Positions 51,238 through 63,629 of a DNA stretch of 64,000 nucleotides are shown here, piece by piece. Within the stretch, counting starts at the first letter, position 1. The number at the start of each line of letters is the position of its first letter. This stretch comes from Octopus sinensis. Lineage: Eukaryota. A model generated the notes under the pieces. The model saw only the letters and a list, made by a program, of their open reading frames with translations. It searched no databases and had not been told where the DNA came from. The stretch covers positions 49,600,001 through 49,664,000 of the forward strand of contig NC_043002.1 in NCBI RefSeq assembly GCF_006345805.1. The letters run 5' to 3'. A program made the position numbers and the translations under genes.

Positions 51238-51377
51238 CTACCATTATCCAATATGTCATTCCTTTAAATTTAGGTAAATAGGGTGATTGTGATCAGAGAG
51301 GCGGGGGTGGCTACTATTTCAAACAGTTCAAGCGACTACGTACAGGTACTTTCTGCGGTTCGGGATTGTTTTATTGA

Positions 51378-51410
<33 letters not shown>

Positions 51411-51769
51411 CAGCAGCAGCAGCAACAACAGCAGCAATAGTAGAGCTGTCAAAGAAAAGAGTTATGTATTTCAGACCGCCTAATAATAAAATTACTGTTG
51501 TTCATTGCGTCTGTTCATGGAATGTTGTTTCACATCGTTGTACAAACGTTTCCTTCCCATGCTTTGCAAAGCAATAAATAAACAAATAAATAAATAAGTA
51601 GATAGATAGATAGATAGATAAGGCAGTGTTCCAGCATGGGCGCAGTCAAATAACTGAAACAAGTAAAAAACCAACAAAATAAAATAAGCAGATTATTTTC
51701 AGCAAATGTTATTTTTTGTGCAGTGGTGTATTCATAATTCTTATATATATATATATATAACGGGAAAGT

Positions 51770-51930
51770 TTACGAAAATAAACAAAAGACGAAGGCAGGT
51801 GGAGTACAAACAAACAATTGTATTAGTATAGCGCTCAGGAATTGAAATAGAAAAAATCTTTTACGTTTCGAGCCTACGCTCTTCGACAGAAAGATACACA
51901 GAAAAAAACAAGGAGAGAAAAAAATGCGTG
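51770..51930 (-). mobile_element. Penelope-like terminal repeat with hammerhead-like core
   Basis: Minus strand CTGTCGA-A-GAGC-gtag-GCTC-GAAACG at 51865-51889, followed by cctgagcg...aatac as in the 20.6 kb element. Confidence 0.55.
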
Positions 51931-52679
51931 TAATCCGAGCCATCATATGCTTCTATTTAGATATTTGTGAGATCTTGTGTCCTCTATGACAGTGCTTCTC
52001 AAACTATCTGATGTGGCGTACCGGCAGTGTTTTGGGGGTTTTTTTCCACAGGGGTCAATAAAATACGTACCAGTTGAGTGCTAGAGTCGATGCAATCGAC
52101 TTACCCACTTCCTGAAATTGCTACCCTTGTGCCAAAATTTAAGACATAGGCGTAGGAGAGGCTGTGTGGTAAGTAGCTTGCTTACCGACTACATGGTTCC
52201 GGGTTCAAGGATTAACCAAAGGCCTTATTGAGTAAAATTTGGGAGAACTGACGTTGAGTAGAAGCCGGCCATAAAAACCGTTCGCAATTTTTTTTTTTTT
52301 TCAAGGGTGTCTCAAAATGTCGCTCGGTTTAATACCACCTAATCCTTCTCTACATTTAATATAGTCAACTCTGTTAGGAGCATTCGCACCAGGTCTTTTA
52401 GTTTAAAGATAAGCTTTCTCCCGCAAGTCAAGAAGACCCCGAATATGCTTAAAGGTTCTCTCCTTCCTCCTCTAAGTATACAAGGGTTATATAGTCAACT
52501 CTTATCAAGATCAAAGGCATTTCAGTCGTGATTCTATCACCTTGTATCCAGGTATAGTATATCTAGGACTACAATACCGATGTATCACTTTTTTTTTACA
52601 AGATGGTAAGTTGCGATATGAAGAAGATTTAGTTGCGACTGTTGTTGTTGTTGTGGTAGTGGTGCTGGTTGCTGTTGCT

Positions 52680-53047
52680 GTTGAGCGAAGCGGTCTTCGT
52701 CCCAGAGCTCGCATTGGGAGAAGTCCGAATCGTGGTCCTTTGCTATTCGTAAGACCCGTTGAAGAGAAAGCAGGTCGACCCCCGACACCGAGAGCATCGA
52801 CGGATGGATGAATGCGCATCCAGGCTCAGCGGTTGCGTAGGAAGTCGGGGACAAGAAACAGGAAGAAAGAGTGAGAGAAAGTTGGGGCGAAAGAATACAA
52901 CAGGGGTCACCACCACCCTCTACCGGAGCCTCGCGGAGCTTTTGGTGTTTTCGCTCAATAAACACACACAACGCCCGGTCTGGTAATCGAAACCGCGATC
53001 GTCCGACCGCGAGTCTGCTGCCCTAACCACTGGGCCATTGCGCCTCC
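52680..53047 (-). mobile_element. tRNA-derived SINE family D with (aac)n-type tail
   Basis: Reverse complement ggaggcgcaatggcccagtggttaggg (A box)...ggtttcgattacc (B box)...tail ttcgctcaacagcaacagcaacc. Confidence 0.75.
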
Positions 53048-53920
53048 TGCTGGTGTTGGTGGCGACGAAACACAGACGAAGTCGACGTTTCATCAGAAAC
53101 AGAAGTAACAGAAACAACAAAGTTCAAATTTAGTTACATCATCATCATCATCATCATCACCACTACCACCATCGTTAGCTTCGGAAGAATTGGTGTGCAA
53201 CGTTACCGTATTTGGACGCGTGGGCATATTAGTCGCACCCCAATTTCAGCAGCACATACCCAGGGAAAAAGGTTTCAGTGCATTAACGCACGTATTGTTT
53301 AAAACGAGTTGCTGTAGATCCGTAATGCATCATACGGCTGTACCCGTCACCTGTATGGTGAGGAATCCTACGGTGGGGAGTGGTAACGACTAGGGTAGGG
53401 TAGCCGACTGCGTATTGTGATCATTCGTCTTTTGGTTTCCTGTAGCTTTGTTCTCTTTTACAAATCCAGTGAACATTCATATATTTCCGATTTCCAAGAA
53501 ATTTGAACAATAGATATAACACCCAAGTTAAAAAAAAGATTCCCAACAATACAACTTCTCTGGTTGACTTTAAGACACCCATCTCTAATAGGGGCCTTAA
53601 TTCCCACATTTTAGAGCTCCATGTGCTCTATTTTACCGATCCTGAAAGGATGAAAGGCAAAGTCGACCTCGGTAGAACTCAGAATGTAAAAACCGAACGA
53701 GATGCTACTAAGCATTTTGTCCGGCGTGCTTAGCGATTCTGCCAGCACGCCGCCTTTATAGCAGAAAAGATTATTCCCAAGATTAAAGCGATGAGCCGGC
53801 AGAATTGTTAGGGAGCTGGACAAAATGCTTAGCAACATTTCTTCCGGATCTTTACATTTTGAGTACAATCGCCGACGAGGTCGACTTTGTCTTTCATCTT
53901 TTCGGGATCGATAAAACAAA

Positions 53921-54402
53921 TACCAGTTGTATACTGGAGTCGATGTTAATCGATTTAACCCCGTCCCTTAAAAAAAAAAAAAAAAAAAAATCTATCTTTG
54001 TACCAAAATTTGAAACCCTTATTCCTCGCTCGGATTCATAAAAAAAAGTACCAGTAATACTGTGTTCCGACTGAAACGACTTCACCACCTACCCCCAAAA
54101 GAGGAGGATGGCAGTGTGTCAGTGTATATAGATCAATAGATTAGCAACGAGCGTCGTACAAGTACCAGTTGTATACTGGAGTCGATGTTAATCGATTTAA
54201 CCCCGTCCCTTAAAAAAAAAAAAAAAAATTCTATCTTTGTACCAAAATTTGAAACCCTTATTCCTCGCTCGGATTCATAAAAAAAAGTACCAGTAATACT
54301 GTGGTTCCGACTGAAACGACTTCACCACCTACCCCCAAAAGAGGAGGATGGCAGTGTGTCAGTGTACATATATAGATCAATAGATTAGCAACGAGCGTCG
54401 TA
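53921..54402 (+). repeat. ~242-bp tandem duplication of a SINE B 3' end plus flank
   Basis: taccagttgtatactggagtcgatg...gcaacgagcgtcgta at 53921 and again at 54163, nearly identical. Confidence 0.9.
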
Positions 54403-54923
54403 TCTGGTCGAATCGATAAGCTGTCAATATCAACAACCCAAGTGTAAAGGCCGACATTTTGAATCTTGTCATGTTATTGTTGCAAGCAGTAGTAGCTGTA
54501 GTAGTGACGTTAGTAGGGAGCGGGTGGGGTGGGGTGGGGGGTGAGTGGTTGTACAGCATCTTCGTAAATATTGAAGATTATGTAATAGTAGACGTACTAT
54601 TATTACATAAAGGCGTATTTTGAGTTATTGGCGATTTTATTGTTGGTGCTTAGTCCAGTCCTAAATGTACCTTGATGATGAAGCAGACCTATATATATAG
54701 TGAAGAGCGTTCCATTAAGATGTGTTACCTTGTCTTTGGTTGTTGTTTTATTTTTTTCTCGGACAGAGTGTATCTAGGACTACCGTTATCTAATATGTTC
54801 ATTCCTTTAAATTTAGGTGAATAGGATGATTGTGATCAGAGAGGTGGGGGGTGGCTGCTATTTCAAACAGTTCAAGCGACCACGTACAGGTAACTTCTTC
54901 GGCGCTCGGGATTGTTCTGTTGA

Positions 54924-54956
<33 letters not shown>

Positions 54957-55542
54957 GGCTGGGACTAATAATGGTAGTAGTAATAGTGGTGGCGGTGGTA
55001 ATGATGTTAATGATAGTAGTAGTAGTAGTAGCAGCAATAGTAGTAGTAGTAATTGATACTGTGATGACTACTGGTAGTAGTAGTGGGGGTGGGACTAATG
55101 ATGGTAGTAGCAATAGTAGTGGTGGTAGTGCTGGTAATGATGTTAATGATAGTAGTAGTAGTAGTAGTAGTAGCGTGTATTGTCGGTATTCCCTACTGTT
55201 GCTGTTACAGTGACTGCAGCTGTTGCTGTTGTACTCGCTACCACAACCACAACCACAACCAAATATGCTAGCGTCCCACTGTCACTACTACTACTGCTAC
55301 TACTACTACTACTACACAAAGTATCTCTGCACAGTTGTTTCGAACAGCTGGAAATAGCAGGCAAATCCCTCATGCCGTCTTTAAAAACAAAACCAAAAAA
55401 AAAAACAAAAAAAATTAAAGAAAAACGAGAGGATGCATTAAATTATTTTTAGCTCGGAAGTACCGTACCCTACGATACCTAAAATAAAGGTGGGTGGTCA
55501 TGGCTGGACTCATCTGACCGAGAGAGGGACTAAACAACAGCA

Positions 55543-55597
<55 letters not shown>

Positions 55598-57279
55598 AGC
55601 ACGAGTGGGTGCAGCAGCAGCGGCAACAAGACCAGCAGTAACTGCTGCTGTTCTTGCCATTGTTGCTGCTGCTAATGCATTCTCTGTTCTGCTGATATCA
55701 CCTGTTGCAGTTGCTGATGCTGCAATTACTGTTTTGAACAGCGGATGCAAATGTCGTGGCTGCTAATAACGATGGTGATGGTGATGGTGATGGTTGGTGG
55801 TGGTGGCCACTTACTATGGGTTGTTAAGCCCCCGGGTCAGTTCTCGTCGGAGTAACACATTAATTAAAAACACCACAGTTGTCCGTGACCATCATGTCTT
55901 ATTGTGTGTACGGCGGTATAGTGAGATGTAACTTGAGGGAGATTTGGACGCAATTTCTAGTTATTACGTAAAGGTTCTCTCGTTGGCTTTGTTGTTGTTG
56001 TTGGTGGTGGTGGTGTTTAAATCACTCAGTTGTAATCAATTAGATCTCCGTTCAAATGTGTTCCAGTCGTGACCATCCCGTCTTTTATTCTTGTCAATGT
56101 TAGTGTTTTTCTTTCCTGTTTTAAGGCGCTAAGCGTGCGACATAAGGGAGAGTTGGATACTACTTCTACCAGGCCGGGCGACGACGTGCAGGTTCCCTCG
56201 ATTTGATATTGGTGTTTTGGATGTTGTTTATTGACGGGCTTCAAATGTTGGCACAAGGCCAGCAATTTCGTGGTGGTGATGGTGGGGTGGTCTAGGTCGA
56301 TTACATCGACCCCGGTATTCAATTGGGTCTTACAGTATCGCCCCTGAAAGAATGAAAGGCAAAGTCGACCTCGGCAGAATTTGAACTCAGAACTTAACGA
56401 CTGACGAAATGCTGCTAAGCATTTTACATGGCGCAGTAACATTTCTGCAAGCTAGCCGCCTTGTTGCTGTTTATTGATTATATAGTTATTACTATTAATT
56501 ATTAATGTAGTTGCTGTTAATTCGGTTGTTCATGACAGATAGTTTTATTGTATTTTGTCGGTTTGCTCTCCTTAATTTAAATCGGCAAGGAGCAAATTCA
56601 AGATCTGTATATAAGCATCTTAAATTAAGGGACATGTCGTTTTATAGTTTATTGCGGTCTTTCCATTTCTTAGATAATTAGGGGGTTTACCTGAGTGAAG
56701 TTTCATTGCTAGATTCAGCAGGTCGTTTGAAAATGCGGGAGTTTCCTCGTAACAAGTCGCATGGTAGACACACAATGGAATCTAATTTCAGTTAATACGT
56801 TAACTGCTTTTCTTTTTTTTTTTTTTTGCTATCTCTCAAGATGAGGGATTCACCCGAAATATAAAGAATTGATAAATTATTAATTCTCCTTTCGCATTGT
56901 AAAAGCTCTTTGCACTGTTTCTTTATTGTTTACTCATACAGATACGGCATCGATTCTCCGGAACCTTAGTTCCAAAGCCATCCCTGATTATTGATTTTTC
57001 AAAAGTAGGGATGAACACACTCTAAATTAAACAAATAATAAAATTACTTACGTAATTAAATGAAATGCTGGTACTTGTATATTAGTAAAAACGATACAAG
57101 TTTATTAACAGTATACTGTGAAGGGTACTAGTCTGTGCATGGTACCCGTAAACTAGTTTGGCACCCACGGGAATTTGAAGTTCCTGCTCGGAAATTAGTG
57201 CAGATTATAAGGGGTTCTGGACAATCAGAGTGAGAAAGTCGGTGTTGCACCTGTATATCAATAATTAAATGAAAGTATT

Positions 57280-57352
57280 GTCTCTGTAGCACAGCGGATA
57301 GCGTGCTGGATTTCTAATCCAGAGGCCGCAGGTTCGCATCTTGCCACGCACG
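57280..57352 (+). tRNA. tRNA-Arg(TCT)-like gene, probably a pseudogene
   Basis: GTCTCTG TA GCAC AGCGGATA GCGT G CTGGA TTTCTAA TCCAG AGGCC GCAGG TTCGCAT CTTGC CACGCAC G. Perfect anticodon stem, A and B boxes, and downstream T-runs, but two mismatches in the acceptor stem. Confidence 0.7.
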
Positions 57353-57556
57353 ATATTTTCACTTTTTTTCAAGGTGGTGCCCCCACATGGCTGCAGTTTA
57401 ATGACGGAGACAAGGAAAGAGTATAATACTACCTATTAGAATTATAGTGATTATTTCGCTGGTATAAAGTTGGTTTATGGTGAGTGGGACAGTTATATTG
57501 AGTTGGTTCAAAGCCAACAACATATTCACAGGTTTACATTGTCATGGTTTATTATT

Positions 57557-57591
<35 letters not shown>

Positions 57592-58074
57592 TTTCTGCGA
57601 GAAGAATTGGGGGAATAGGCGGCGCTCCGTCAGAAAGGTTATGCTCATGACCTTTGAGTGTTTTTAAGACGTATGGAGGAAGTTACCCTCAAATCAGAGA
57701 CCTGGCCCGAATGCTTACAGCACAGAGGACTCCTAAAGGCGCCCAAGGCGTCGGTGCTGGTGTTAAATCGTGTGACGATTATGCTACTACAGACGAACTC
57801 TGAAGACAAAGAACTAGAATAAATACTTCAAGACATCTCGCTCGACATTTTATCTTACAGTTCCGCCACTCCGTTGCCCTAGACTAGTACTTTATGATAT
57901 CGACCCCCTAAAGGATATAAGGCAAAGGGGATCCCGGTAGGGTTTGAACTCAAAATGCAGAAAGCCGGAACAAATACCGCTAGACATTTAGTTTTATATT
58001 CTAATACGACTCATCCAATTAGCTAATTATAATCTTGTGTTGGAGACGATTCGTTTGCATATTTAGTAAGGCAA

Positions 58075-58360
58075 GGCATGGCTGTGTGGTTAAGAAGGTG
58101 GCTTTGCAATCACGTGGTTTCGGGTTCAGCCTCACAGCACTGCATCTTGGGGCAAGTGTTTTCTGCTATAGCTCCAAGCCGACCAATGCGTTGTGAGTAA
58201 ATTTAGATGGAAACTGTGCGGAAGCCTGTCGTGTATATGTGTGTGTGTACCATTGCGTTCCCCCCCCCCCAAAAAAAAACCCCACCGCTTGACAATCGGT
58301 TTGTTTACGTTCCCGTAACCTCGCAGTTCGGCAAAAGAGGCTGATATAATAAGTGTAATC
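58075..58360 (+). mobile_element. SINE family A-related, diverged
   Basis: ggcatggctgtgtggttaagaag...gggttcag...gggcaagtg...tttacgttcccgtaacc. Confidence 0.75.
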
Positions 58361-59028
58361 AACCCTATTCACTTCTCGATCCTCCACTTTTCACCTTTCA
58401 CTCCGGTGATACGAAAGGCGCAAAGAGAGCTCTTGGTCGCTTTTGGGTTGTGCTGTGTGTGTGTGAGTGTATGTGTGTGTGTATGTATGTGTGTGTGTGT
58501 GTGTGTGTGTATGTGTGTGTGTGTGTGTGTGTAATTACATATATGTTATTGTAGTTTAGACCAAGGTAGACTTTGATGAAAGCCATCTATGATCAGAATA
58601 ATCCAACCGTGACCACACCATCAGAATAATCAAACTGTGACCACGCTGCCGTTGTTTATTCTTTCCCCATACAGTGTATCTACGATGATGTTATAATCTA
58701 AAGCATCCATCCCTTTATTTTATTAAGACAGTAGGTTTATGGTGTGAAAGAGTTCCAGCTGCTGTTTTTAGCAGATCAAGCAAACAGGTGGAGGAGGGGT
58801 TGTCGTGATTCCATCTGTATACATACATAATACATACATACATACATACATAATACATACATACATACACATACACGCACACACACGCACACACACGTGC
58901 GCGCACGTACACACTGGCACACACACACACATACGTAGTCATCATGGCTTAGCAGGCTGAAACTTTGCAGTCACTATCAGTACTAGTCTTCTTAAAAAAT
59001 TACACGCGCACGTGCCCACACACATATC

Positions 59029-59085
<57 letters not shown>

Positions 59086-59150
59086 CAGTATCGTTGCAAA
59101 TATGTATGTATGTGTGCATGATAGTATATATATATATATGTATGAATGTA

Positions 59151-59663
59151 CCGTAAATCCTCGAGTATAATCCGCATTTCTCCCCCAAAATTTAAAGGTC
59201 AAAATCCCTAGTGCGTACTATATACGAGGTTAAAAATGAAAATTATTTTTTTATGCAATGTCCCAGTCTCTATTTGCTTTTCGGCAATGTTTATTCAGAC
59301 GCATTTTGTGATGTCGGGCCCGAAAATACCTTAAGCTAAGCCTGAAAGCAATGAAGTCATAAAAGAATCATCCATAACTTGCAGTTAACAACATTTATTA
59401 AACGTTATTACTGTTATTTCTTTATTTTCTGCAAACAAAATGCACAAAAAAGCTACACGTTTGCATTATGTTATATATACAATAATACTAAAGGACGTTA
59501 CCGTATACATTTTCACAAACCAAGGACGTTATATAGACCTCGTTGACTCAAGTTAGAGAAGGGGTGCGTATTATACACAAGGTTTAGGTTTTTCAGAGGT
59601 ACAGCTCCCTAAAAATCCCCTGCGTATTATACTCAAGGGCGGACTATACTCGAGGATTTACGG
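59151..59663. mobile_element. pogo/Tigger-type (Tc1/mariner superfamily) MITE, 513 bp
   Basis: 25-bp TIR ccgtaaatcctcgagtataatccgc / gcggactatactcgaggatttacgg (24 of 25 match). TA TSD on both sides; subterminal tgcgta(t/c)tata repeats. Confidence 0.9.
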
Positions 59664-60145
59664 TATGTATGCAGGTTGTGTGTATGTGTGTGTTTGTGTG
59701 TATGTGCGCGCGTGTGTGCATTTGAATGTGTGAGCGAATAAGCGTATGTATGTGTATGTGTGCCACGATATATATTGTGTGCGCGTGTGTACGGTTTGCA
59801 TAAGTATGCAACGCGGGTGTATTTGTATATGTGTCTGTATGAGCGACTCCGCTGCATGTCTCTGTACAGTTAGTTATGTACGACGAGCGCGAGCGTGTGT
59901 GTATGTATGTGTGTGCGAGTGCACGTCCCTTTTTTTTGCCATTCGCAGTTTCTCCACTGAATTCCCCAAGCACAAGACCAGCACCACCACACCACCACCA
60001 CCACCAACCGCCGCCGCCGCCACTAACATTATCATCATCATCATCATCATCATCATCACCGCCATTATTTTGAATCATCATCGCCATCACCATCATCATC
60101 AACATCATCGTCGTCACCACCACCGCCGCCGCCGCCACTAACATT

Positions 60146-60176
<31 letters not shown>

Positions 60177-60280
60177 ACATCATCGTCGTCGTCGTCAACC
60201 ATCAAAAGAGATGGAGAGCTGTCACAGAACAGAGTTATGTATTTTCAGACCATTGTGTGCGAAGTAGGTAACGACAACTG

Positions 60281-60324
<44 letters not shown>

Positions 60325-60481
60325 CGTGTAAAAAGATGTGCCAACATCAGCAGAAATAACGCTAGCTGCTGCAGATTATTGCATAAAAAGCAACAACAAT
60401 AACAATAACAACAACCAACTAACATCAACAAACGCAAACAATATTACAGCTTTAATTATTACTCAAGTGGCGATTGTGTTG

Positions 60482-60518
<37 letters not shown>

Positions 60519-60707
60519 ATCTCCCTCTCTTTCTCTGCTCTCTCTCTCTCTCTTTCGCTTTTATCTCAATGCGAGTGCTCGTAGTGTTGCTGTTGCTGTT
60601 GTTGTTGAAGTTATTGATATTGTCGTTGAGACTTTTTGGAGTGTATTCTCGACACCGTTGCTCAATTGGTTTAGTTAAACGATTGACGTCTCGCACTCGC
60701 AAGTGAA

Positions 60708-60778
<71 letters not shown>

Positions 60779-60879
60779 TTATGTATGTATGTATGTATAT
60801 ATGTATGTATGTATATAAATTTCTCTTCCGCCAGCACTATTTCAGAACCGTTGTTGGTTTGGTTGCGTCTTCGCAAGTT

Positions 60880-61230
60880 GGCGTTTCGGTGAAAGTGACC
60901 AAAAGAGTAAGTAAAAGACTTTGAAAGAGAGAGAGAGAGAGAAGGGGGGGGAGCAGTCGATTTGTTCGACTAAACACTTTAAGACGGTATCCCCAGTTTG
61001 GCCAGAACCCAATGACAGAAACATGTTGCGAGGATGTAAACAAATTAACACCGGTTCTCAAATGGTGGTGAGAAGGATATACATAAACACACACACACAC
61101 GTATATATACGACGGGCTTCCACACAGTTTCCGCCAACCAAATTGGCTCACAAGGCATTCATCAGCCCGGGTGTATAATAAAAGAACCTTGCCCAAAGTG
61201 TCGCACAGCGGAACTGAAACAGGAACCATG
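60880..61230 (-). mobile_element. SINE family A-related
   Basis: Reverse complement carries gttccgctgtgcgacactttgggcaagg, the internal (tg)n and the gactgctcc/aacgccaac tail. Confidence 0.7.
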
Positions 61231-61479
61231 AGGGTGCAATATTATCGATGTCATACTTTTAACGTCATTCCATCCATCTTCGTGTTCAGAGTTCAAATTC
61301 CGCCGAGGTCGACGTTACCTTTCATCCTTTCGGGGTCAATAATATAAGTACCAGTCAAGTACTGGGGTCGATGTACAACTTTTCTCCTCCCCGCTTCAAA
61401 TTGCTGGCCTTGTGCCAAAATTAGAAATACTCATCATCATCATCATCATCCTTATACACACCTGACCTGTTCAGAGGCG

Positions 61480-62310
61480 TTTTCTGAATTCTAACAAGTT
61501 GAAATTCTGTGAAAGAATGATTTTATTGTTCTATATTTTCTAGATGAGGAATTATGTACATTATTTACATTGGACTTTTCGGCTGATGTACCCTCCAGCT
61601 TTCATCCAGTGTCCTGATGGAATTTCGAACTCAACCCGTTATTTGACTAATAGGGTACTCTGTTCTCATTCCCAGGGTATTTTTTGCTGATATTATTATT
61701 ACTTATTCAAGTCACTAAAGCGGCGAGCTGGCAGAAACGTTAGCACGCCGGGCAAAATGCTTAGCGGTATTTCGTCTGCCGTTACGTTCTGAGTTCAAAT
61801 TACGCCGAGGTCGACTTTGCCTTTCATCTTTTCGGGGTCGATAAATAAAGTACCAGTTACGAACTGGGGTCGATATAATCGACTTGATCCGTTGGTCTGT
61901 CCTTGTTTGTCCTCTCTGTGTTTAGCCCCTTGTGGGTAGTAAAGAAATAGAAATAGGTATTTCGTCTGTCTTTATGTTCTGAGTTCAAATTCCGCTAAAG
62001 TCGACTTTGCCTTTCATCCTTTCGAGGTCGATTAAATAAGTACCAGTTACGCACTGGGGTCGATCTAATTGATTTAATCCTTTCCCCCAAATTCAAAGCC
62101 TTGAGCTTCCAGTAGAAAGGATTATTTATTCAGGTCACTGACTTGAATAGATAATAATAACATCAGCAAAAAAGAAAAAAAAATCCTTAGGAATGAGAAC
62201 AGAGTACCCCATTAATCAAATAAAGGGTTGGGTTCAAAATTCCACCAGGACACCTGATGAAGACTGGAGAGTACACCAGCTGAAACGTTGTGGTAACAAC
62301 AATGAAGAAT
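61480..62310. mobile_element. Penelope-like fold-back element with a hammerhead-like motif in each arm, split by a SINE
   Basis: Arms ~61575-61716 and ~62126-62290 are reverse complements. CTGATGA...GAAAC at 62254-62286 on plus; degenerate copy at 61575-61610 on minus. Confidence 0.7.
61717..62125 (+). mobile_element. Dimeric family B SINE with 14-bp TSD
   Basis: ttattcaagtcact (61703-61716) / ttattcaggtcact (62126-62139) flank the whole dimer. Confidence 0.9.
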
Positions 62311-62814
62311 GATTCTGTTGCAGTTAATTTCAAAAAAAGGTAGTTAGAATTTTATCTATACAGAGTTGAAACGAAAATATAAATTTTTTGTTGTGAGATA
62401 AATTTTACTCTTACTTTTTACCTATTCCGTCAACACGCACGTATCGCATGCCGACGAGGAACGCCCATCAAATTAAAATGCATGTAAGCGAGCGTGTTTC
62501 CATGGTATTAAACGCAAAAAGCTCGCCAAAACAATTTGTGGTACAATCACACACTGCAGAGAGACGATATATTATTGACTTTTCTACGGTGAACAGTGCT
62601 ATTGACTGTGTGTTCTTAAGCGAGGTGTTTAGTGAAGCCATATGCGCGGGCGTGCACACTCACAGACACACGTACACACAAAATGTGTCAAATGAAAGTA
62701 ACAATGCAAATTTGAAGGGAAGATTATGTCCACTTTTCTGTAAGCGTAACTTGCAACAAATGAGCTTTAGACATGGAAACCTTTAGACGAAAGAAAGACT
62801 ACACTGAAACACTG

Positions 62815-62903
62815 TGCGTTGGAAAAACGTGCTAACCACTCTGCCTGCTCACCGCCTTAATAATAATAATAATAGTAACAATAACAATAATAATAATAAC
62901 AAC

Positions 62904-62934
<31 letters not shown>

Positions 62935-63426
62935 GTTTCAAATTTTGCCACAAGGGCAGCAATTTTGGAGAAGGGGATGAGTCGATTGCATCGACCCCCA
63001 GTGTTTCACTGGTACTTATTTTATCGGCCCGAAAGGATGAAAGGTAAAGTCGACCTCGGCGGAATTTGAACTCAGAACGTACCAACGGGCAAAATACCGC
63101 TAAATATTTCGTACAGCGCGCTAACGATTCTGCCAGCTTGTCGCCATATATTAATAAAGAAATATATAATAATAATAATAATAATAGTAATAATAATAAT
63201 AAAATAATAATAATAATAATCTTTTCTACTCTAGGCACTGAAATTTGGGGGAGAGGGATAGTCGATTACATCGATCCCCAGTACTCAACTGGTACTTAAT
63301 TTATCGACCCCGAAAGAATGAAAGGCAAAGTCGACCTCGGCGGAATTTGAACCCAGAACGTGAAGACGAGCAAAATACTGCTAAGCACTTCAACAGGCGT
63401 GCTAACGATTATGCCAGCTCGCCGTC

Positions 63427-63470
<44 letters not shown>

Positions 63471-63612
63471 CCTTTCTACGATAGGCACAATGTCAGAAAT
63501 TTTGGGGGAAAGAGGATAAGTTGGTTACATCTATCCCCTGCTCCGCTGTTACTAATTTTATCATTACTCAAAGGACGAATGGTAAAGTTGACCTCGGCAG
63601 TATTTGAACTCT
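62815..63612 (-). mobile_element. Stack of three to four family B SINEs joined by (aat)n
   Basis: gatgaaaggtaaagtcgacctcggcggaatttgaactcagaacg repeated, with (aat)n spacers. Confidence 0.9.
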
Positions 63613-63629
63613 GATGGAAAGATAAAAAA

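Noticed and set aside
56938-57030. Strong plus-strand acceptor (tttactcatacag) followed by short open frames
   Set aside because: All frames stop within 30 codons, the donor is weak, and there is no upstream partner exon.
57660-57820. GC-balanced segment open in two frames, one ending TDEL-stop
   Set aside because: No recognisable homology or splice context; the KDEL-like ending is likely chance.
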